A program made the translations under genes and the position numbers. Below the pieces are notes generated by a model. That model was given only the letters and a program-made list of their open reading frames with translations, was not told where the DNA came from and did no database searches. From NCBI GenBank assembly GCA_963812135.1, contig CAWETU010000001.1:2112001-2176000 (forward strand): a DNA stretch of 64,000 nt. Direction: 5' to 3'. Within the stretch, counting starts at the first letter, position 1; every line of letters starts with the position of its first letter. Below, in pieces: positions 58,769-64,000 of this stretch. Source of the DNA: Vulcanimicrobiota bacterium. GTDB lineage: Bacteria > Vulcanimicrobiota > Vulcanimicrobiia > Eremiobacterales > Eremiobacteraceae.

Positions 58769-60111
58769 GCGTCCTGCCGGCAGCCGCCCCCGCCCTCGAC
58801 GTCCTCGACGAGTTGCGCCGCAAGATCGCGACGCACAGCGCCCATGTCGGCGTCGTCGGCGTCGGCTACGTGGGGCTGCCGCTCGCCGTCGAAAAGGCGA
58901 AGGTGGGCTTTCCGGTCACCGGTTACGATCGCAATGCTTCTCGCGTCGCCTCGGTCAACGACGGGCGCAATTATATCCGCGACGTCGCCGACGCTGACCT
59001 CGCCGACGTCGTGGCTCGGGGGCGTTTGCACGCGTCGGCGGATTTCGACTCGATCGGCGAGTGCGACGTCGTCGTCATCTGCGTCCCGACGCCGCTGACG
59101 CCGAACCGCGATCCCGACATCTCCTACATCCGCTCGGTCACCGACGCGATCGCACGTCAGCTGCGGCCTGGCCAGCTCATCTGCCTGGAGAGCACGACGT
59201 ATCCTGGGACCACCGAAGAAGTGCTGCTGCCAATCCTCGCCGCGACCGGTCTGGTCGTGGGGCGCGACTTCGCGCTTGCGTTTTCGCCGGAGCGCGTCGA
59301 CCCGGGGAACACCCGGTACTCGACTTGCAACACGAGCAAGATCGTCGGCGGAGTGACGCCCGTCTGCTTGAAGGTCGCGACCGCTTTCTACAGCCAGACG
59401 ATCGGCAGCGTGACCGGCGTGTCGTCGCCGCGCGTCGCCGAGATCACGAAGGTGTTCGAGAACACGTTCCGCGCGGTCAACATCGCCCTCGTCAACGAGT
59501 TGGCGCTGTTGTGCGACCGGATGGGCATCAGCATTTGGGAAGTCGTCGACGCCGCCGCGACCAAACCGTTCGGGATGATGCGCTTCGATCCAGGTCCGGG
59601 CGTCGGCGGCCACTGCATCCCGCTCGACCCGTTCTACCTCGCCTGGAAAGCCAAGCAATACGATTTCCAGACGCGCTTCATCGAGCTCGCCGGCGAGATC
59701 AACATCTCGATGCCGTACTTCGTGCGCGAGAAAGTGCTGCGCGCGCTCAACGACGTGGGCCGCGCGCTGCGCAACGCGCGCATTCTGCTGGTCGGCGTCG
59801 CGTACAAGAAAGACATCGCGGATTGGCGGGAATCGCCATCGCTGAAGATCCTCGAGCTGCTCGAACGCGATGGCGCGTTCGTCGACTACTATGACCCGTA
59901 CGTGCCCGAGATCGTGGACCCGCGCGGCGTCACGCGCCGTTCGATCGCGCCGACGCCGGAGCAGTTCGCGCAAGCCGACTGCGTGCTCATCGCGACCGAC
60001 CACAGCTGCATCGACTGGCACGAGATCGCCCATTGCGCGCGTCTGATCGTCGATACCCGCAACGCGACCCGCGACGTGCCCGAAGCGCGCGGCAAGACGG
60101 TGCTGCTATGA
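58765..60111 (+). CDS. wbpA: UDP-GlcNAc 6-dehydrogenase (WbpA-like)
   Basis: GVGYVGLP, CVPTP, ESTTYPGTT, SPERVDPG, GGHCIP.DP, D.RESP. Confidence 0.85.
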   Translation: MSVLPAAAPALDVLDELRRKIATHSAHVGVVGVGYVGLPLAVEKAKVGFPVTGYDRNASRVASVNDGRNYIRDVADADLADVVARGRLHASADFDSIGECDVVVICVPTPLTPNRDPDISYIRSVTDAIARQLRPGQLICLESTTYPGTTEEVLLPILAATGLVVGRDFALAFSPERVDPGNTRYSTCNTSKIVGGVTPVCLKVATAFYSQTIGSVTGVSSPRVAEITKVFENTFRAVNIALVNELALLCDRMGISIWEVVDAAATKPFGMMRFDPGPGVGGHCIPLDPFYLAWKAKQYDFQTRFIELAGEINISMPYFVREKVLRALNDVGRALRNARILLVGVAYKKDIADWRESPSLKILELLERDGAFVDYYDPYVPEIVDPRGVTRRSIAPTPEQFAQADCVLIATDHSCIDWHEIAHCARLIVDTRNATRDVPEARGKTVLL

Positions 60112-61103
60112 CGCAGGCGGACGTACGCGTCGGCATCATCGGCGCCGGCCATTGGGGCCGGAACCTGATCCGCGTGTGCCACGATCTGGGCGCATTGGCC
60201 GCGGTGTGCGACTCGTCGCCGACGATGCTCGCGCACGTGGCGGAGGCATACCCGTCAACGCTGCGCTTCAGCGAAGTCGACGAATTCCTACTGCAGCAGC
60301 TCGACGCGGTCTTCATCGCGGCACCCGCCCAACTGCACGCCCAGCTGGCGCTCCAGGTGCTTGCCGCGGGCAAACACGTCTTCGTCGAGAAACCGTTCGC
60401 GCTCACGGTGGCGGACGCCGAGGCGATCGCCGGCGCCGCGGCGGCCACCGGCCTCCAGGTCTTCGCCGGACATCTGCTCATCTATCATCCGGCCGTCAGA
60501 AAGCTGCGCAAGATCATCCAAGCGGGCGACATCGGCCGCGTGTGGCATCTGCGGTCGCGACGTCTCAGCCTTGGGAAGCTGCGACACCACGAAAGCGTGT
60601 GGTGGAGCTTCGCGCCGCACGACGTTTCGCTGATGCTCGCGCTCATGAACGAGGAGCCCTCGCATGTGACCGGCGCGCAAGCCGGCTGGCTGACCTCACG
60701 CACGCCCGACGCCGCGTACGCCGATTACCAATTCGCGCACGGCAGGTCGGCGCACATCGAAGTCAGCTGGCTCGATCCCAACAAGATGTGGCAGTTCGAC
60801 GTCTTCGGCACCGACGGCGTCATCACGATCCACGAGACGCCGGGCAAGTCGCGCATGACCCTCGCGAAGTGCGGCGCTCGTTCGGACGAGCACGGACACC
60901 TCTCCACCTGGCGCGGGGCGGAGACGGAAGTGCAGTTCGAACGGGTCGAACCGCTGCGCGAGGAGGTCGTCGCCTTCTTCACCTCGTTGCGCTTCGGCAT
61001 CGCGGCCGAAACCGACGCGACGGAGGGTCTGTCAGTCGTGCGTGCTCTGGCACTGGCGGATCGCGCTTCGCATCACCTCGGCAATAACGAGGCCCGTCTA
61101 TGA
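60108..61103 (+). CDS. Gfo/Idh/MocA oxidoreductase (WbpB/WlbA-like 3-dehydrogenase)
   Basis: GAGHWG, EKP, GH...YHP, APHD; operon context. Confidence 0.8.
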   Translation: MTQADVRVGIIGAGHWGRNLIRVCHDLGALAAVCDSSPTMLAHVAEAYPSTLRFSEVDEFLLQQLDAVFIAAPAQLHAQLALQVLAAGKHVFVEKPFALTVADAEAIAGAAAATGLQVFAGHLLIYHPAVRKLRKIIQAGDIGRVWHLRSRRLSLGKLRHHESVWWSFAPHDVSLMLALMNEEPSHVTGAQAGWLTSRTPDAAYADYQFAHGRSAHIEVSWLDPNKMWQFDVFGTDGVITIHETPGKSRMTLAKCGARSDEHGHLSTWRGAETEVQFERVEPLREEVVAFFTSLRFGIAAETDATEGLSVVRALALADRASHHLGNNEARL

Positions 61104-61693
61104 TACGCGCGACGGCGCTTCCGGCGTTCTTCGCACATCCGACGGCGTGCGTCGACGAGCCGTGCGACATCGGCACGGGGACGAAGATCTGGCATTTCTC
61201 GCACGTGAGCGCGCATGCCGTCATCGGTGAAGGCTGCACGATCGGGCAAAACGTCTTCATCGCATCCCGCGTGCGCATCGGCGACAACGTCAAGATCCAG
61301 AACAACGTGTCGGTCTACGAAGGGGTCGAGCTGGAGGACGACGTCTTCTGCGGTCCCAGCATGGTGTTCACCAACGTCGCGACGCCGCGTTCGCACGTGC
61401 CGCGCAATCGTCCGCAAGACTACGCCCCGACGCTCGTGCAGCGCGGCGCAACCATCGGCGCCAATGCGACGATCGTATGCGGCCACACGATCGGAGCGTA
61501 CGCATTCATCGGCGCGGGCGCGGTGGTCACGGCGGACGTGCCCGCATACGCGCTCGTCTATGGGAACCCCGCTCGCGTTCGCGGCTACGCCTGCCAGTGC
61601 GGCACGACCCTCGCCTTCGCGGACGACGCCGCGACGTGCGCGCAGTGCGCGCGCGAGTTCGTCAGAGCGGCGGGCGTGGTGCGTCCCCGATGA
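61100..61693 (+). CDS. wbpD: hexapeptide N-acetyltransferase (WbpD/WlbB-like)
   Basis: KIWHFSH, KIQNNVSVYEGV, GPSMVFTNV..PRS, GNPAR..G..C.CG. Confidence 0.88.
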   Translation: MIRATALPAFFAHPTACVDEPCDIGTGTKIWHFSHVSAHAVIGEGCTIGQNVFIASRVRIGDNVKIQNNVSVYEGVELEDDVFCGPSMVFTNVATPRSHVPRNRPQDYAPTLVQRGATIGANATIVCGHTIGAYAFIGAGAVVTADVPAYALVYGNPARVRGYACQCGTTLAFADDAATCAQCAREFVRAAGVVRPR

Positions 61694-62813
61694 CGCCGAT
61701 CCCTGTCTTCTCGCCGACCCAACAATACTTATCGCTCAAAACCGAGATCGACGCCGCGATCGCGTCGGTGCTCGCCTCCGGGCAATTCATCTTGGGGCCA
61801 AACGCGCAGGCCTTCGAACGCGAGCTGGCGCTCTGCGTCGGCACGGGCGAGGCGGTCGCGCTCAACTCGGGCACGGACGCGCTCTTCCTCGCGTTGCACG
61901 GCCTTGGCATCGGACCCGGCGACGAAGTCATCACCACGCCGTTCACGTTCTTCGCGACCAGCGAAGCGATACTGCAGACCGGCGCGACTCCCGTGTTCGT
62001 CGACATCGAGCCTGCGACGTTCAACATCGATCCGGACCAGATCGAGGCCGAGATCACCGCGCGCACCAAGGCGATTCTGCCAGTGCACCTCTACGGGTTG
62101 CCGGCGCGCATGCCGGCGATCATGGCGATCGCGCAACGCCATGGACTGCTCGTCGTCGAAGACTGCGCGCAGGCGATCGGCGCTGACATCGCGGGGCGCC
62201 GCGTCGGCACGTTTGGAGACGCCGCCGCGTTCAGCTTCTTCCCGACCAAGAACCTGGGCGCATACGGTGACGCGGGCGCGCTCGTCACGAATTCGGCGGC
62301 GCTCGCGGCGCGCGTGCGCGAGCTGCGCGTGCACGGCAGCCGCACGAAATATCTCCATGACGAACGCGGCATCAACAGCAGGCTCGACGAACTGCAGGCG
62401 GCGATTCTGCGCGTGAAGCTGCCGCACTTGGAACGCTTCAACGCCGCACGGCGCGAACTCGCGCAGCGCTACGACGCCGCGCTCGCCGGCCTCGACGGCG
62501 TGGCGACACCGGCGGTGCCCGACGGCCTGCATCACGTCTATCATCAGTACACGTGCCGCGTCGCGCGGCGCGACGAGGTCCGCGATGAGCTGGCCCGCGC
62601 CGGCGTCCAGACGATGGTCTACTATCCGGTGCCTTTGCATCTGCAAACGAGTCCATGCCGCGCTCGGGCTGCGTGAAGGCGCGTTTCCGCATGCGGAGGC
62701 AGCCGCTGCGCGAGGTGCTTTCGCTGCCGATGTATCCCGAGCTGTCCGCGACCGAGCAAGCCTTGGTGACGAACGCCGTGGTGCGCGCGTGCGCGCGAGA
62801 GGCCCTCGTCTGA
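61690..62813 (+). CDS. DegT family aminotransferase (WbpE/WlbC-like), +1 frameshifts at ~62650 and ~62710
   Basis: NSGTDAL, VHLYG, EDCAQA, SFFPTKNLG..GD. The C-terminus EVLSLPMYPEL is recovered across frames. Confidence 0.85.
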
Positions 62814-63931
62814 AGATCGCGAGCGTCGTCGGCGCGCGACCGCAATTCATCAAGGCCGCGGTCTTGTGCGCGGAGTTGGAGCAGCGCCGCGATTGGGAGC
62901 ACGTGCTCATCAACACCGGCCAGCACTACGACTACGCGATGTCGCAGATCTTCTTCGACGAACTGCACATGCGCGCGGCTGACATCAGCCTCGACGTCGG
63001 CTCGGCTCCGCACGGCGAGCAGACAGGCGAGATGCTGCGCCGCCTCGAGCCGGCGCTGGCCCGCGTGAGGCCGGACTACGTCATCGTGTTCGGCGACACG
63101 AACTCGACTCTCGCCGGCGCGCTCGCGGCCGTGAAGCTGGGGCTGCCGGTCGTGCACGTCGAGGCCGGGCTGCGTTCGTTCGATCGAGCGATGCCCGAAG
63201 AGATCAATCGCATCGTGGTCGATCACATCGCCGCGATCCACTTTGCGCCCAACGAGCGAGCGGTCGCGCAGCTGGCGCGCGAAGATATCCGCGCTTGCGT
63301 GCGCGAGGTCGGCGATCTCATGGTGGACCTGGCGCTGGCCACCGCCGCGAGTCTGCCGCGAACGCCAGCGATCTTGGAGCGACTGCGCGCCGCGCCGGGC
63401 GAATACGCGCTCGTCACCGTTCATCGCGCCGCCAACACCGATGACGCAGGCGCGTTCGCGCGCATCGTCGCCGCGCTGCGGGAGCTCGCGCTGCCGGTGA
63501 TCTTCCCGATCCATCCCCGCTCGCGCGCGCTTGCGAGCGCGCACGGCGTCGGCCGAGCCGGCGATTCGATCGTGGCATGCGATCCCGTATCGTATCGCGA
63601 GATGATCGCGCTCGAGCGCGACGCGCGGGTCATCCTGACCGATTCTGGCGGCGTGCAAAAAGAGGCGTTCGCCCTCGGCGTGCCGTGCGTCACGTTGCGC
63701 CCGGAGACGGAATGGACCGAAACGCTCGTGGGCGGATGGAACGTCTTGGCCGGCGCCGATCGCGATGCGATCGTGCAGGCGGCACATCGTGCGCGCCCGC
63801 TCCCGCCGCACGGCTACGCAGCCGCCGGCCGATGCGCAGCGTCGATCTGCGATGTCTTGTCGGAACTACAAGGCGCTGTGCGCCGCGAGGCGTTCGAGCA
63901 GATCGATGGCGCCGCGTCCTACGCGGTCTGA
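62810..63931 (+). CDS. non-hydrolysing UDP-GlcNAc-type 2-epimerase (WbpI/WecB-like), apparent CTG start
   Basis: (L)KIASVVGARPQFIK, TGQHYD, GDTNSTL, HVEAGLRS, PEEINR, TDSGGVQKEA. Confidence 0.88.
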   Translation: MKIASVVGARPQFIKAAVLCAELEQRRDWEHVLINTGQHYDYAMSQIFFDELHMRAADISLDVGSAPHGEQTGEMLRRLEPALARVRPDYVIVFGDTNSTLAGALAAVKLGLPVVHVEAGLRSFDRAMPEEINRIVVDHIAAIHFAPNERAVAQLAREDIRACVREVGDLMVDLALATAASLPRTPAILERLRAAPGEYALVTVHRAANTDDAGAFARIVAALRELALPVIFPIHPRSRALASAHGVGRAGDSIVACDPVSYREMIALERDARVILTDSGGVQKEAFALGVPCVTLRPETEWTETLVGGWNVLAGADRDAIVQAAHRARPLPPHGYAAAGRCAASICDVLSELQGAVRREAFEQIDGAASYAV

Positions 63932-64000
63932 CTTCGTGACGAAGCGCGGCCCGAGCCCCGCGAGCGTGTTCGTGAGAACGCGCGCTCGACAGGCCGGCGA

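Noticed and set aside
260..63811. Long antisense or alternate-frame ORFs (e.g. 260-1663, 20384-22315, 58705-60033, 62438-63811)
   Set aside because: They are shadows of well-supported genes in high-GC DNA, Arg/Ala-rich and without motifs.

Overview
A high-GC bacterial chromosomal window, densely coded with about 62 CDS. I saw no rRNA, tRNA, CRISPR-cas, integrase or transposase. The gene mix (DUF1800/DUF1501, DUF5069, Uma2, cyclase-STAND-TPR, many orphan secreted paralogs) suggests a soil bacterium such as Ca. Eremiobacterota; this is inference only. Main blocks: an RND efflux pair; many exported or orphan proteins; an OmpR two-component operon followed by a lone phage/eCIS-type tail-tube gene; an AdnAB-like helicase-nuclease pair; a minus-strand operon (Zn dehydrogenase, cupin, core methionine synthase, CARDB-like protein, RtcB); divergent NarL/LuxR regulators; and the start of a Wza/Wzc polysaccharide locus with a WbpABDEI-type diacetamido-uronic acid pathway. 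Two signals stand out. (1) A GTAG-footed REP-like palindrome has 13 full copies at 11 loci, all with the same strand polarity. It supplies stop codons to several genes and lies in-frame in the helicase-nuclease linker of both AdnAB-like subunits. (2) A MesD-like folate-independent methionine synthase has no MesX in the window and is instead coupled to a methylthio-xylulose-phosphate methylsulfurylase-like cupin and a Zn dehydrogenase. At least 8 single-base +1 frameshifts look like sequencing or assembly errors. Family names come from motif recognition by eye; no database search was run.
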